From Botryllus schlosseri (Eukaryota): 64,000 nt of DNA. Positions 1 to 12,229 of the stretch are shown piece by piece. The position numbers were made by a program, and so were the translations under genes. Under the pieces are notes generated by a model. The model was not told the origin of the DNA. It saw nothing but the letters and a program-made list of their open reading frames with translations, and made no database searches. The stretch lies in assembly GCA_051294905.1 (NCBI GenBank), contig CM119371.1, positions 10,106,001-10,170,000 on the forward strand. The letters run 5' to 3'. Every line of letters begins with the position of its first letter. Position 1 is the first letter of the stretch.

Positions 1-199
1 ATATAGGGCCAATGTATCTCGTACGCCTCTACTATATGCATTTGCATATTGCATTTGATGATAAAGCACAATTTGCGTGACAATATTGCGAATCGTAACT
101 GTCGAAATTGTCGAATCGACGAAATTCACAGTAAATTTCAATTCCATATGGTTCGTCTTCGGTCTTGGATTTATATTCTCAATAGTTTTCTTGTCTTCT

Positions 200-1000
200 C
201 AGCAGCCTTATGCATCTAAGAGTAAAATCTGGAATATTAACATGGATCGCGTATTCTGATTTGATTTGGTTGAGTAAATCGGGTGAAAGTGTGAACATAA
301 ACCGCAATCAGTGTGCATACTGACCTCGTTGATGTTGGCAGTATCGGTCGTCGTATTGCAGGCGTTTGTGCTCGAGAAGAAAACAATATGTCGCTATGTC
401 ACTACTCATTTGTATTGTCGGTTTACCGTCATCACTGATCAGTAGGGCGTGTTTTTTTTAGCAACTCAATGATTTTGCACTCATAATTATTATTTTGACA
501 TTTTTGACATTAAAAAAATATATTGAGAACATTTTGCCCTCATGTATGTAAATTAGGCGTTTTCGCACATAACGTTTTAATTATAATACTTTTCTTCGTT
601 TCTGGTGTGAACTGTCTGTCCTTATGAAGTAGCTTTGCTTGGAAAAGAGTACCAGGTGGCATTTCAATGTTTTAACAAGACTTGAGAGTAAAGATGAGTA
701 ATTTCATATGTTGCAAAACGCTGGATCAATTCAAATTCCGAGTAAATAAAATATGAAGAATTAGGAGAGCACAACCAGACATAGCTGAAAGTTCATGTTC
801 AAGCCGAAGTTCTGACGGTACTGCACGGCGAGCGAATGAAGTTGTGACCGAGATAGCACGCAAAAAAAGCTTTTCTAACTTATTTTGAAACATCCACCCA
901 CTGAAATACTCTGAATCTAATACAAATGTTGGTACTTGATCACTTCAAAACACCATCAAATTGCAATAGGATGAATTCATTGAGTTACCACTATATTTTA
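200..1000 (-). pseudogene. SLC49/FLVCR-like MFS transporter relic, C-terminal half
   Basis: Minus-strand translation ...SFFCVLSRSQLHSL...NMNFQLCLVVLS*FFIFYLLGI*ID resembles FLVCR TM7-TM8 (GxWxD motif with TGG>TGA). Further down, PILPTSTRSVCTLIAVYV resembles TM11. The DNA is homologous to 3000-3210, the C-half of the clearer relic. Multiple stops and frameshifts. Confidence 0.5.
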
Positions 1001-1049
1001 GAACAGCACAACGGGGATCTGATGTCATTCAGTTACTGTGAAAATTACT

Positions 1050-1150
1050 TTGTTGTTGCTGTTGTTTGTGGTATTCATGGTGTTTGTTGAGTACTATGGT
1101 CATTTTCACCAGGCCGATATTTTTCATTTTTATTCCGTAATTGTCGACTT
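1050..1150 (-). mobile_element. Short retroposon (SINE/LINE 3' end) fragment
   Basis: GTATTCATGGTGTTTGTTGAGTACTATGGTC is shared with 7280-7390, 14440-14490 and 56680-56760. On the minus strand it ends in a CAA-rich simple-repeat tail. Confidence 0.55.
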
Positions 1151-1223
1151 AGAGCAAGACCCACTTCCAGGCTTTTTGTAAGACACCGCTTACGCGGATG
1201 AGATGGCGAGGATTAGCCTAGAT

Positions 1224-1620
1224 CAGGGGTGGGCAACCTGCGGCCGTAGAAGGCCGTGACACGTAATTTAATTGGTATGTGTGAGCGGCCGTCGACGGGC
1301 AAATTGAATTTTTGATAAATTGAATATTAAATAATCTTCAAATTTTCTTCGCGCTGCGCGCGATTCAATGCTATACTTCATAGTAGTTCCCTTTGCAATA
1401 TGAGCCCTATAGCACAGACACGAACAGCTGATAAGAATGATGCGCCCCATATAGAAATACCAACTTGGTATAGTGTGCTTCCCACGAAATAAATTTTGTT
1501 TCTGGTACGTTTCTAGTGATTCCCAACCGCCGCTCTCAGAGCCACATGCGGCTCATCCGAGATAACCTTCTTGCGGCTCTGATTGACCTCTAAATATTCC
1601 ACAAGAATATAATAGATAGC
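1224..1620 (+). mobile_element. Truncated hAT (Charlie/MER5-like) non-autonomous element
   Basis: Left terminus CAGGGGTGGGCAACCTGCGGCCG, with internal GAGCCACATGCGGCTC. No right TIR or TSD found, so the end coordinate is approximate. Copy at about 56836. Confidence 0.5.
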
Positions 1621-1699
1621 TGTTGATTGTTTCTATGAGTAGCTATAGAAAATTAATGTATGTGAATGCTAAAATGAGGGATATTAGTTATGTCTAAAG

Positions 1700-2600
1700 C
1701 CGTCCAAGGCCGCTTATGAAAACCGAGAAAGAGAATTCTTGCAGACTGTTGTCAAACGCATGGATGAATAACCGTAAGACAACGACGTATCTTCAGTTCT
1801 GCTGGTCATAGACCTCTTTATATATCGTATCTGTGAGGAGTAAATTTCGACACAATTTAACTAACATCAAAAAAAGACTTATAGACAAGTATAAATTGCA
1901 ATAAGTTCAATATTTCTCATCGTGTAATTCCCGCAAACTTCTGCATAAAGTGCAGGAATGTTTGAAGAGCTATCACATCACGACATAATAGTAGCCTACT
2001 CGCCAATTTGCTTATATCAATGCTTTAATAACCGATATAGAATCTATAGCAGTCCATGTGCAATATGTGCATGCTTTTGAATTAGCTGGATGGTGAGAGC
2101 AGAAGTAGGCTTGGCTAGCTACGTTAAAATTTTCGTTATAAGTAGCCTATAATCGAGTGTTTTCATGCGGCTTCAGTCGTACTCCGAAGTTTGAAATGCT
2201 GTCCCGACACCCAAAGAGGTTGGGAACCACTGGTTCTGACGATTCCAATATATTTCCGCTAAGCCTGACGACAATCTTGATGGGAGGTCAGGAAATAATA
2301 GCATGCAAGAAAGTGACCAATACCACTTGGTCCACCCATAGATGCATCATCATGTGTAAATTGCCCTAACTTTTCGAAGACACTACCTCCATTAACTCCA
2401 CCAGTGGATCTGATCACATGGGCTGATAAAGGATAAATAATTGATTGCAATATGTGAGTATACCAATAATAATGACGAAATTCATTTGTGAATCTGAAAA
2501 AATTTTCGCGCTTTGCGCGGCCATTGGCTTTCCCTGTAATTCGTCAAAACAGGGCCACTTACGATTTCGGTGTGTATAGTAAGCCGATATGAGAATGTAG
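1700..2600 (-). pseudogene. Possible additional decayed MFS (SLC49-like) paralogue
   Basis: Fragments across frames: MNFVIIIGILTYCNQLFILYQP (TM1-like), GIGHFLACYYF, NQWFPTSLGVGTAFQTS (WFP..TA-like). Heavily disrupted. Copy at about 57330-58270. Confidence 0.3.
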
Positions 2601-2719
2601 ATAAGTGTGGAGTTCAACTGAAATGGACATGGACAGTATAACATGGGTATTTGACGCCCATGCAGTTAGTTGATTACGGCTTATGCACATGATTACTGCC
2701 GTATATAGGCTACATAAGT

Positions 2720-3720
2720 AATCGAGATGCGGCCGTGAATAGCAAAAAGGTTGCCCACTCCTGGCCTAGATAAACCTCCACACATAGGTATAGGAATTCG
2801 GAAGTCGACCTCAGTCGGACTAACAAACCGCAACGTGTTGGTGTTGCAGCCGAGGATTATACCACTGCGCTATCTCGCCACAAAGAAATTACTTTCTTCT
2901 TCAGGTATTGTACGTAGACACACACATTTATAACATTGCAGAAAATGTGTTGTTATTGGCAGCGTGACGTCATAGATTCATGTTAAAATTTCAACTCATA
3001 TCGAACCTTTTAGCAAAGATCGTGTTCATCAGAACCAGAAGAACCAGGACCTTATCTCAAGTTCGCACCATGAACAAGTTCTGATGGTCCTGCATATAGC
3101 GAGCGACTGAAGTCGTTATTGAGATAACAAGTAAAAATAACATTTTCCAACGTTTTTTACAGCAACCGTCAAATAAAATATCGTGGTTCTAGTTCGTATT
3201 TTGGGTACTAATTGAATAGAAATGCGACATCTTTCAGCTCTCTTTTCAGGCTGTAAGTCGATGATGGCTGCATGAAAGGCTTTTTTTCGATTACTGCTGC
3301 GGGATCATCAAGCAGTTCACCATGTTCGCAAACAGGCGGCCTGCAACACATAAAGCATTTCATTAAAACGCAACAAAACAAGGACAAAGACCCGAATGTC
3401 GAAGCGAAAATAATCCTAAATCTGTGATCTATATTTTCGGAAGTCATTGAGGATATCGATAATTGCCTAAGCGCACTAGCCAGTCTACCGAGAAGATTGG
3501 CGATTACTTGCAGGTCGTTCATGGCTGGTTCGATTCCGAAGTATCTCGACGTGATCTCGTTGCCGAATGAGAACGATCCAAAACCAAACACACCCAACAC
3601 AGTCATGAAACACACTAGCTATGAAATGCCCCATCATTTCCACACGACGAGGTGCCTTTTCCTCTCCGACAAAAATGTCTTGTCGGTTTCTGAATCACGA
3701 CCACTGTCATTCGACTTCAT
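2720..3720 (-). pseudogene. SLC49/FLVCR-like MFS transporter pseudogene with internal deletion
   Basis: ATG at 3720: MKSNDSGRDSETDKTF...K*WGIS*LVCFMTVLGVFGFGSFSFGNEITSRYFGIEPAMNDLQVIANLLGRLASAL. Relative to the 16585-18245 copy, TM2-TM5 are deleted, then SENIDHRFRIIFASTFGSLSLF follows. In-frame stops. The low-coordinate end is approximate. Confidence 0.75.
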
Positions 3721-5036
3721 AGCACAAACTCATAGCACACACTCGACGCGATATCTGTCACTCGGATCAGTTTCGAAGAATTTTTCGCAATGGCTAATCA
3801 ATGCGGGAAACGAAATCTCGTGCAAAGCTACACCAACAATGACTTGAGCAATGAGCACGAGTAGGATAATTCGGGCCGATACGGAAGGAAACAGAGCGAG
3901 TAGACACTATGGATATTGGATATCGATTGCTGTGAAATTGGCGAATGATAGCGTAGTGGTGAGCGTCTACTAAAATGACCGACGAAAACAGTTCAACATC
4001 GAAAGACTGTAACATCGGGCACTAGGCCGAGGTGGATGCTAGATTAAGAGACCACAATTTGGTCGTTTCGGCGTACTCCTATATGTTCATTGCATCGCAT
4101 TGTGTCTTGTATATGGCATCGTATATTGTGTGTATGTGTCTTGGGCAGATGAAAATATGATCGGGCGATAATCGATGTTATTATTGATAATGCGACTAAT
4201 ATTAATAAGCGACTGCGTGAGAAGCATTAAGCTCACTGCTATACGCTACGATTGATTGATCAATCTGAAATCATGATGGCCATGAATCATCAATTGTGGT
4301 ACATATTTTTAAACAGCTATACCAAAGAATCAGTCGCATGAATCACGGAGCATTGCTGGTTGTTTTCATTCATCCTCAACTTGGCATAGCTCATGAGCAA
4401 TATCTTGGTTAATGGAATGACTGAACCAGTAGTTTTCAACCGCGTGGCAGCGACTGCTCAGAGGTTCCGCGAGGAAATGGGGTAAAGGTGGTTGTCGTGA
4501 ATATAAAATTTGAAAACTGCACTTATCCTATGAAAGTCGTAACTATAAACAACTGTGGTATTGTAAGACACAGCTCTAGACTAACATTTTCAAGTACAAC
4601 ATCATAGAAACACCGAAAACCGAAACAGTGAAGAAATGCGTGCCCGGAATTTGGTAAAGGGTTTGGAAGTGATGCATCATCACTTAGATCTGGCTATGGC
4701 TAGTTTGCCATATATGGTTCTTTTGATGATAACATATGGCTCTTTGATAAGTTTCCACATCCCATCATATTTATGAAAATTGTTTTTAATAGATTTTCAT
4801 AGCGGCTGACATCATTATTCTTGTGATGGATGAGACGAGTCGTCATGAAGTATGAACAGTGATGTATATATCCTGAAGTGAGGGTTGAGGAGCTCAGAAA
4901 CTCAAAATCTTGAAATTTAGGATGACAAAGATTGGCTGTTGATGATTTTTCATTATTATCAGTTCAATACTGGGGTGGACACTGGACAACCTCTCTAGTC
5001 AGCGGGCCGGATATGGGAGAAAGAAGTACTTGGCGG

Positions 5037-5290
5037 TAGGGACGGTGTCAACCCGAGGTTCACGTTCGCGTTTTGTGTGTGAAACACTGGAATTTGGCGG
5101 TTCGCGTTCACAAACGAACCTTGGTAGGTTCTGCACTGTGAACCTTTTTCATGTGATACAATTTCACGTCAATATAACGTCTTTGGTTGACATTCTTGCA
5201 TTTCAACTTCGGATCACTCTCCGCATGACGCTGGCAGCACGAAAAGAAATTCAGCACTACACGTGAATGCACCTTGCTGATTTCAAAAAC
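5037..5290 (-). mobile_element. Inverted partial copy of the TAGGGATGG-TIR hAT element
   Basis: Starts TAGGGACGGTGTCAAC and is the reverse complement of about 10500-10772. One terminus only. Copy at about 60955. Confidence 0.55.
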
Positions 5291-6077
5291 TATTTGCTCG
5301 AAAGTTTGTTCGGAAACATTACTTGCGTATTTAGCCACTTATAGAAGGAATTTATCGTATTCAATTTAAACTTTAGGGTTGAAGCATGGAGACCGAAAAC
5401 AGTATCAACAAGTTCTTTGGACTCTGGCTGCATGACGGACGTAGAAACTCTTTGTAATTGATGCGCGTGAACGTCGGTGAAATTTGAACGCAGCTTTGTC
5501 TCTAAGCAATATTGATGGTCGAAAATGTATGCTCGCAAATGTATATAGACCCGTGGATCACATTATCATGTACGACCGGGAACTATCTGCGGGTCATAGG
5601 TTGCCCGCCCTGGTCTAATATAATAGATTTTCCGATATTAGCGCAAATTCCCTACCTTCAAGTCATTTAGTGAAATGTACCAGACAAACCTAATCCCACA
5701 AGTTCGATAACAAGTTACATAATGGCAATACAAAGTGGCGGTCAATAGAATATTTAAAATCATATTTCCTTGTACCCCATATTGCATGCCTTGGGTTCTT
5801 TGACTTTACAATACGTTGATTAATCAGAGAAAAGCAGACATGGAGACCCCGTAATGATTTGCTAAGCTAAATTATCTAATGACCGACCGCCGTCCTTCAT
5901 TTCGTTGCATGGTTTAAAGTAGAACAGATGGTTGATTTGTGCGGCAGTTTTGACACACACACCGACTCATGCAGGTCGACGTTTTTTGCGTGTGAGGAAA
6001 GATTCTGCTAACATGCATCTGAAGACAAATTCGCGGAGTGTAATAATACGTTTATCATGGATAATTTTTCAAGTTTT

Positions 6078-7137
6078 TCGGTCCCAGTGTCTCATCGGGA
6101 TCACATCGCCGCTACCCTAAAATCGTTCTTACATTCCATGATGAATTTTTTATGCTGGTCAGTCTAATAAATTCGCGACATATTCATAACATTTGGGGAT
6201 GCGCCCGCATCCCTCGTAACCCACTCTCCTACACCACTGTACTGAGATGACAAAAAACGCACTACTTGGCCATGGCGTGCATAAGGCCTTTCACCAAGTC
6301 TTTTGTGTAACATATCTAAATAGGTCACAACAACAGGAAACCATCACGAAATCAAATTTGGCTGAGCAAATCATACACTAGAATGAATGCCAATTCTAGG
6401 AAATCATAAAGCAAATTGGGTTATTCAAACAATGTAGGCCTATTTGTATGTCATTCTATGAATTGTGGTGGCATCAAGTCAACGGATATCGGCCAGGCAT
6501 TGCTATGCAGGAGAACAGGTGCAAGGTTACATCTTACTACGGTACATGAATTTTGTCTTCTAGTCAGCAATGGTTAGAAAGTTAAGATTGTGCTTTTCGA
6601 TTCTCGAACTTTGGTAATTAATTATTAAAGTATAAATGTATTTTCAGTCCCAGTGTTTCATCGGTACCACATCTCCCCTATCACAAAATCGTTCTTACAT
6701 TCCATGATGAATTTTTTTGCTGGTCAGTGTAATTAATTTGCGATATATCCATAACATTTGGGGATTGGCCGGCATCCCTTGCAATCCCCCTCTCATACAT
6801 CAATGTACTGAGATGACAAAAAAGCGCATTACTTGGCCATGGCGCGCATAAGTTTAGCCGTTTCACCAAGTTTGTTGTGTAACATACTTGAATACAGCAA
6901 CAGGGCACCACCACGAAATGAAATTTCGCTGAGTAGATCATACAGTAAAATGAATGCCTATTCTAGGAAATCAGAAACAAATTTGGTTAATCAAACAATG
7001 TATTTATATATGATTCTATGAATTGTGGTGGCATCAAGTCAAAGGATATCGGCCAGGCATTACTATGCAGGAGAACAGGTGCTAGGTTACATCTTACTAC
7101 GTTACCTGAAATTTGTCTTCTAGTCAGCAATAGTTAG
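6078..7137 (+). repeat. About 570-bp tandem duplication (second unit resumes at 8553 after a hAT insertion)
   Basis: GTCCCAGTGT(C/T)TCATCGG...AAAATCGTTCTTACATTCCATGATG occurs at about 6080 and about 6646. The paralogous region at 52410-52920 has a single unit. Confidence 0.85.
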
Positions 7138-8552
7138 TAGAGGTGGTCAGTAACGAAGTACTGCTACTTTTCCGAAGTACTCAAGTAGTTTTGCTCTACT
7201 TCTGGTACTCACTCAAGTAGGTCTGATTTCAGCTACTTTCACTTCTACTTCGTAATATTTTGTGATCTACTTACTTTTTTTGTTTTTTGTTTTGTTTTGG
7301 GGTATTCATGGTGTTTGTCGACTACTATGGTCAGTGGTCATTTACACCAGACCGATATTCTTCTTATTTTTCCGTAACTGCCGACTTACTACTTACTTAC
7401 TTACTTACTTACTTTTCGCTATTTTCAGTTTGTCAAGTAGAAGTAGTTTAATCCTCCAATCAGGAAGATAGCCTGGGCAATTTCGGGGCTGTTTTCACGG
7501 AGTATCTACATTCAATTTCATAAAAGTTGAGTAAAGCCCAGAATTTTCTTCGCGCTTCGCGCTCAGTGTATACGGCGTAGCCAGTATGATTTCACGAAAG
7601 TATCGGTGAATATATATTAGGTAGAGGGTTGGCGTGGTTCCGTTCACACCGCATTGTCACCCTTCGCCGATATGAAATATTTCATCACTGTATATATGGC
7701 TCATCATAATGCTGGAAACTGATGTTCGCAATCTAGCATTTACTTATCGTATCGTAATCTAGCAGTCCATGGCGTGTCCTAATCTGGAAAAGTGGACTCT
7801 GACTTTTTTTTAGTTTTGGAGCTGTTTTAGCATGCCACCTTTAAAAATTTCTGGATAATGACATGAAATACATTTTTCACTTTTAGATATAGTCTTTATA
7901 TTTCACTTTCAATTTCCAGTATCATATACTTTGAGTTCCAATTACCATCAGTTCTTTTTTCTGGATAACATACACGTTGAGGTCTAAAAGCAAGTGCCTT
8001 TGATTTCCGGAAATAAAGCTACACAATATGGCATTTTTACGGTACACTGTATTTTTTATTACCGTTTACTAATCGCGCAAAGTGTTTACACCGTATCTTA
8101 TACAACTTCTACGTATTTCTCTTCGACTAAACTGCGGGCCTTATAATATGGGGGAGTGCGCCATACCATGATTTTTTCTAAAACATGCTGTTCGATTAAA
8201 TAGAAGATTAGTATCGCATTTTCATATCAATACTATCGTTTTCATCCTATGACGCGGACTAATGCTTATGCTGTCGAAAATTGAATACCTCTTTGTATGC
8301 ATCAATATTAATCAAGCTCGGCACCTTTCGCATTGCTCAATCTGCACCTATTGACAATCCATGCGAACGAATTACGATCGTTTTCACAGCTACTTACTTG
8401 AGTAGATTTGAAGTCAGCAAATTCTACTTCTACTTCAAGTAGTTTCAGGTTGCTTATGGGAGAAGTACTTCTACTCGTACTTGAGTAGATTTTTTACCTC
8501 GCTACTTCTACTTCTACTTGAGTAGCTTTCTTGACTACTTTGACCACCTCTG
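7138..8552. mobile_element. Non-autonomous hAT element with Tol2-like TIRs
   Basis: TIRs (T/C)AGAGGTGGTCA...TGACCACCTCTG. Perfect 8-bp TSD ATAGTTAG (7130-7137, 8553-8560). Empty site at 52875-52882. Subterminal AGTA/TACT repeats. Confidence 0.93.
7262..7413 (-). mobile_element. Retroposon 3' fragment inserted in the hAT element
   Basis: Absent from the sister copy at about 24170. Same family as 1050-1150. Flanked by a CAAAA-type tail and (ACTT)n. Confidence 0.65.
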
Positions 8553-8796
8553 ATAGTTAGAAAAGTTAAGATTGTGATTTTCGATTCTCAGACAGTGTTA
8601 ATTAATTATTAAGTTATATATATGTTATCATGACCTTTCTGATAATAATGAGTTCTCGATTTTGAACTTTGCAGCATTGCTATCGTATTGTAGATACACA
8701 TCAGGTCAGAAGTCGATATAGTAAATAGTACATGTTTCAACGCCGGATGGGGTTGATACACTTGCGTAGAACTAGAGTTAAACGAATGGTACATAA

Positions 8797-10772
8797 TAGG
8801 GATGGTGTGAACCCCTAAAAGTTTTGGTTTGTGTGAACGCGAACCTTTTTGTAAGATTCTATGAAACGCGAATGCGAACACGAACCTACGACTTGACGTC
8901 ATATTGGTAATTCCAATCCTACATTACCGAAAAGTAATATAATATTGTTATAATGCATAAGATACCTAGCGACGACTCAGGTCACATTATGCCACAATGA
9001 TGTAGTAGGCCTACATCCTGACTTTTCAAGCATCACCAAATGTGTACCAACAGAAACGATCATATGCTATAATAATTCCATAAAATAAAAATCTTCCGTC
9101 ACTTTGCCAACAATTTCAATCGGGACTTGTAAGTTACTATAAGCCTACACCTTAACGGTCTAGTCTAGACCGGTATATGTATTCGTGAGCTGTCAGAATA
9201 TTGCAGTGTTGGGATCAAGTCACTACCTTCGAGTCACGAGTCATCTCGAGTCATTGCACATTTTGACTCGAGTCAAGTCAAGTCAATCGATTTTCAAAGG
9301 AGACTCGAGTCAAGTCAAGTCACTCGTTTTTTGGAGGTGACTCGAGTCAAGTCGAGTCAAGTCAAGTCAAGTCACGAGTCAAGTCACAAATCAAGTCAAA
9401 TTGAATTTTCGCAGTATGAGTGATGATTCAAAGTTATTACATTTTGCTAGACTTGTGTGAAAGACAGATTAATTGGCCATTGATCGTGAATCAAACAACG
9501 AATATCTAGTTAAATATACACGCAAAAAGCCGTTGTATCGCTCACGCACACGTAGAACTGCTAATATAATACGTGAGTAACTGTGCAGTACAGCTGTACA
9601 GCTACATGCTACAGTCACTTATTATCAGCCAAAATATAAGACCTAATTCGAAGCTCCAAGAATTGAAACAAATTGATATGCTACAATAGTGGTTGAAATG
9701 GGATGAAATTGGTATGATACAATACAACACATCCGTGAGAATATAAACGCACAAACTATATTTGTTCGATTAAGATCATACAAGAGGGTTGATAAACGTG
9801 AGCACTGAGCAACGTAGGCATTGAGCCGTCTAAGAAACAGAGACATATTGCTATTAGTTTAATCTTCTACTACTATACTGCGAAAACGTAAGCTGTGATC
9901 GTTTAGTTTGCGGTCAATTTATTTGTGATCTAACAATGAAGGATCAGTGTAACGCACAATCAGTGAATGACACCGGCGAATCTCGAAGAATCAGAAAATA
10001 GACAAGATCCAGTGATTTAATCGACACTGTTCACTTGATGACTTGAAATTGACTCGTGAATTTCGCTCCGAGTCATTGCACATTTTTGGAGCTCCGAGTC
10101 AAGTCAAGTCAAGTCTTTTTTCCAAAATGACTCGAGTCAAGTCAAGTCATACGAAAAAGTTGACTCGAGTCATCCCAACACTGGAATATTGCTATTGCTT
10201 GCTATCCATATTGCTATTGATCATAGTGAAAAGTGGTTCCTATACAGGCCTTCTTGCTACAGATACTCCCTCATAAACAGGTTATACATTAACGAACGCC
10301 CCAATCGGACGGTAATGATATAGTAAACATATCAAGATGGTTCCCGCACGCCTTCAGATTTTTTACATTAGACAACGAATCATTCTGTGGTAGAAGAAGC
10401 ACTATTCGCTGACAACCTGCGTGTAGTCTATTTCATTCTTGATGCTGTGTGATTTCGCGCCAAGCAAAAAGCTGCATATTTCGAGCAAACTTTTTTAACA
10501 AAGCTAATACCTTTTTTTTGAAATTAGCAAGATGCATGTTCGTATAGTGCTGTGAATTTCTTTTCATGCTGCAAGCGCCATACACAAATTGGTCCGAAGT
10601 TAAAAGGCAAATAATTTTAACCAAAGATGTTATATTGACGTGAAGAATAGTAATATATGAAAAAGGTTCACATTGCAGAACGTACCAAGGCTCCTTTGTA
10701 AACGCAAACCTCCAAATTTATCAGGTTCGCACACAGAACGCGAACATGAACTTTACACTCACACCATCCCTA
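8797..10772. mobile_element. Non-autonomous hAT element (TAGGGATGGTGTG TIR) 175 bp upstream of methyltransferase 1
   Basis: TIRs TAGGGATGGTGTG...CACACCATCCCTA. Perfect 8-bp TSD GTACATAA. An orthologous insertion lies at 53115-54145. Confidence 0.92.
9204..10183. mobile_element. hAT MITE with GACTCGAGTCAAGTC subterminal repeats, nested in 8797-10772
   Basis: TIRs CAGTGTTGGGAT...ATCCCAACACTG. 8-bp TSD GAATATTG. Empty site at 53521-53528. Confidence 0.93.
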
Positions 10773-10946
10773 GTACATAAGCTGATTTCCCACACCACCG
10801 ATACTGTTATGACGTATGCGTGAATAATCCTCGTTTGTACTCGAATCTACTCAATTCCCTCCAGCTCCCGGTTTTGCCCAGCGCCAACTATTACCATAGT
10901 CGTAATATTCTCTATATTCAAAGTTTATTATAATCCTATCATAGCT

Positions 10947-11804
10947 ATGTCCGCTCCGTCGAAAGTTATACATGAAGATGCATTCAACAGGGAGGAAACG
11001 GTGCAGAATTACATTCAAAGTAGACCACGTGCCTTGGTGGATATTCCGGTTCGGATTGTCATTGAGCGACTTAAGCAATTAGGGAAAGTAGGTCAACGGT
11101 CCGCATGCCTACTTGATGTGGGGTGTGGCAGTGGCAAATTAACCAGATTGTTGGCGAAAAACTTTGACCATACGATCGGAGTAGACGCAAGTGCTTCTAT
11201 GATATCGTACGCCATTGCTTTCGATAGCGACAATTCAGACATTGAGTTTAAAGTAGCAAATGCGGAAAAACTGCCTATTGAAGATAATTCTGTGGACGTT
11301 ATTACAGCCATGTTTGTTGTACACCAAGCCGACCTCGAGAAGTTCATTCCCGAATGCAAACGAGTGCTAAAACCAGGTGGTGTCGCACTATTTTACCGGC
11401 ACCAGATATCAAAAATACTGTCGGCTGAAGATGACGCTCTACCCATAATAGAGGGACCGGTAAAAATGATGATTCGACAGCTATTGGAAAAGGCAAGAGA
11501 AATGTCGCACCCGACCTTTCACACACATGAGCTCCATCGAACGCAATTTGACGCGATCAGCTGGGAAAAGAAAAGCAGAGAGATAAATGAGCTGGAATTT
11601 GCGCCTGGTTCCCTGTGGACTCTTGGCTCATGGTCTCGCTTCTATCATACCCTTCCGTTCCATCAAAAATTGCGTGAAAACGGCTTAAATCCACTGGCTG
11701 AACTCGTCGAAGCTGTGAAAAATACCTGGTCGATGCAGGATCGGGATTCCGACGACATCAAAATTAGAGTGGTGTACAAGACGGTGATGATTGTTTTGGA
11801 ATAG
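10947..11804 (+). CDS. Class I SAM-dependent methyltransferase (Methyltransf_11 type, resembling DDB_G0268948-like proteins), 285 aa, single exon
   Basis: Motif I LLDVGCGSG, post-I TIGVDAS, motif II ANAEKLPIEDNSVDVI, and ECKRVLKPGG. Uninterrupted ATG-to-stop ORF conserved without indels in the paralogue. Confidence 0.92.
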   Translation: MSAPSKVIHEDAFNREETVQNYIQSRPRALVDIPVRIVIERLKQLGKVGQRSACLLDVGCGSGKLTRLLAKNFDHTIGVDASASMISYAIAFDSDNSDIEFKVANAEKLPIEDNSVDVITAMFVVHQADLEKFIPECKRVLKPGGVALFYRHQISKILSAEDDALPIIEGPVKMMIRQLLEKAREMSHPTFHTHELHRTQFDAISWEKKSREINELEFAPGSLWTLGSWSRFYHTLPFHQKLRENGLNPLAELVEAVKNTWSMQDRDSDDIKIRVVYKTVMIVLE

Positions 11805-12229
11805 CAACATGTTAAAACATTCAATGAAAAATGGATAATGTCTTGCTTATCTTATAGTGTAAAATCATGAAAATGTTGTTTATAAAGTTACGTGGAAGTG
11901 TAATGCGTGAAAAGAGATTAATACCACATCACGAAACATCATGTGTCATCACCGGTGGTAGGCAACATGTAGTCCTCCTCCCGTGTCCGATTCACAAGTA
12001 CTTCGTTACTGGCGAAGTATAAATGCTCGAATACTTGCTTTAAATGTCACGAGAAGATTCGGAATTATAGTGGTCGAGATTGCCTAAAATAATTTAGATT
12101 ATCTTAAAATTAAAAATTTAAACGGGTGTCGTTATTCGAAACATGTATGTTACTTTTGAAATTTTTATATGGCTCCCTAATGATTGCAATGAAAATAAAG
12201 GGTATATGTAAATCATATGCCTCAACTAT

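Larger units (their letters stand above)
1..5835 (+). repeat. Segmental duplication, copy A (direct repeat of 55606-64000)
   Basis: Position 1 ATATAGGGCCAATGTATCTC recurs at 55606, and the window end TAATCAGAGAAAAGC matches 5821-5835. The two copies are colinear with only scattered substitutions. Many near-identical ORF pairs appear in the track (e.g. 5030/60948, 5108/61026). Confidence 0.97.

Noticed and set aside
10947-11804. Bacterial horizontal origin of the intronless methyltransferase
   Set aside because: Lack of introns alone is not evidence. The context is eukaryotic, no bacterial operon features are seen, and a phylogeny would be needed.
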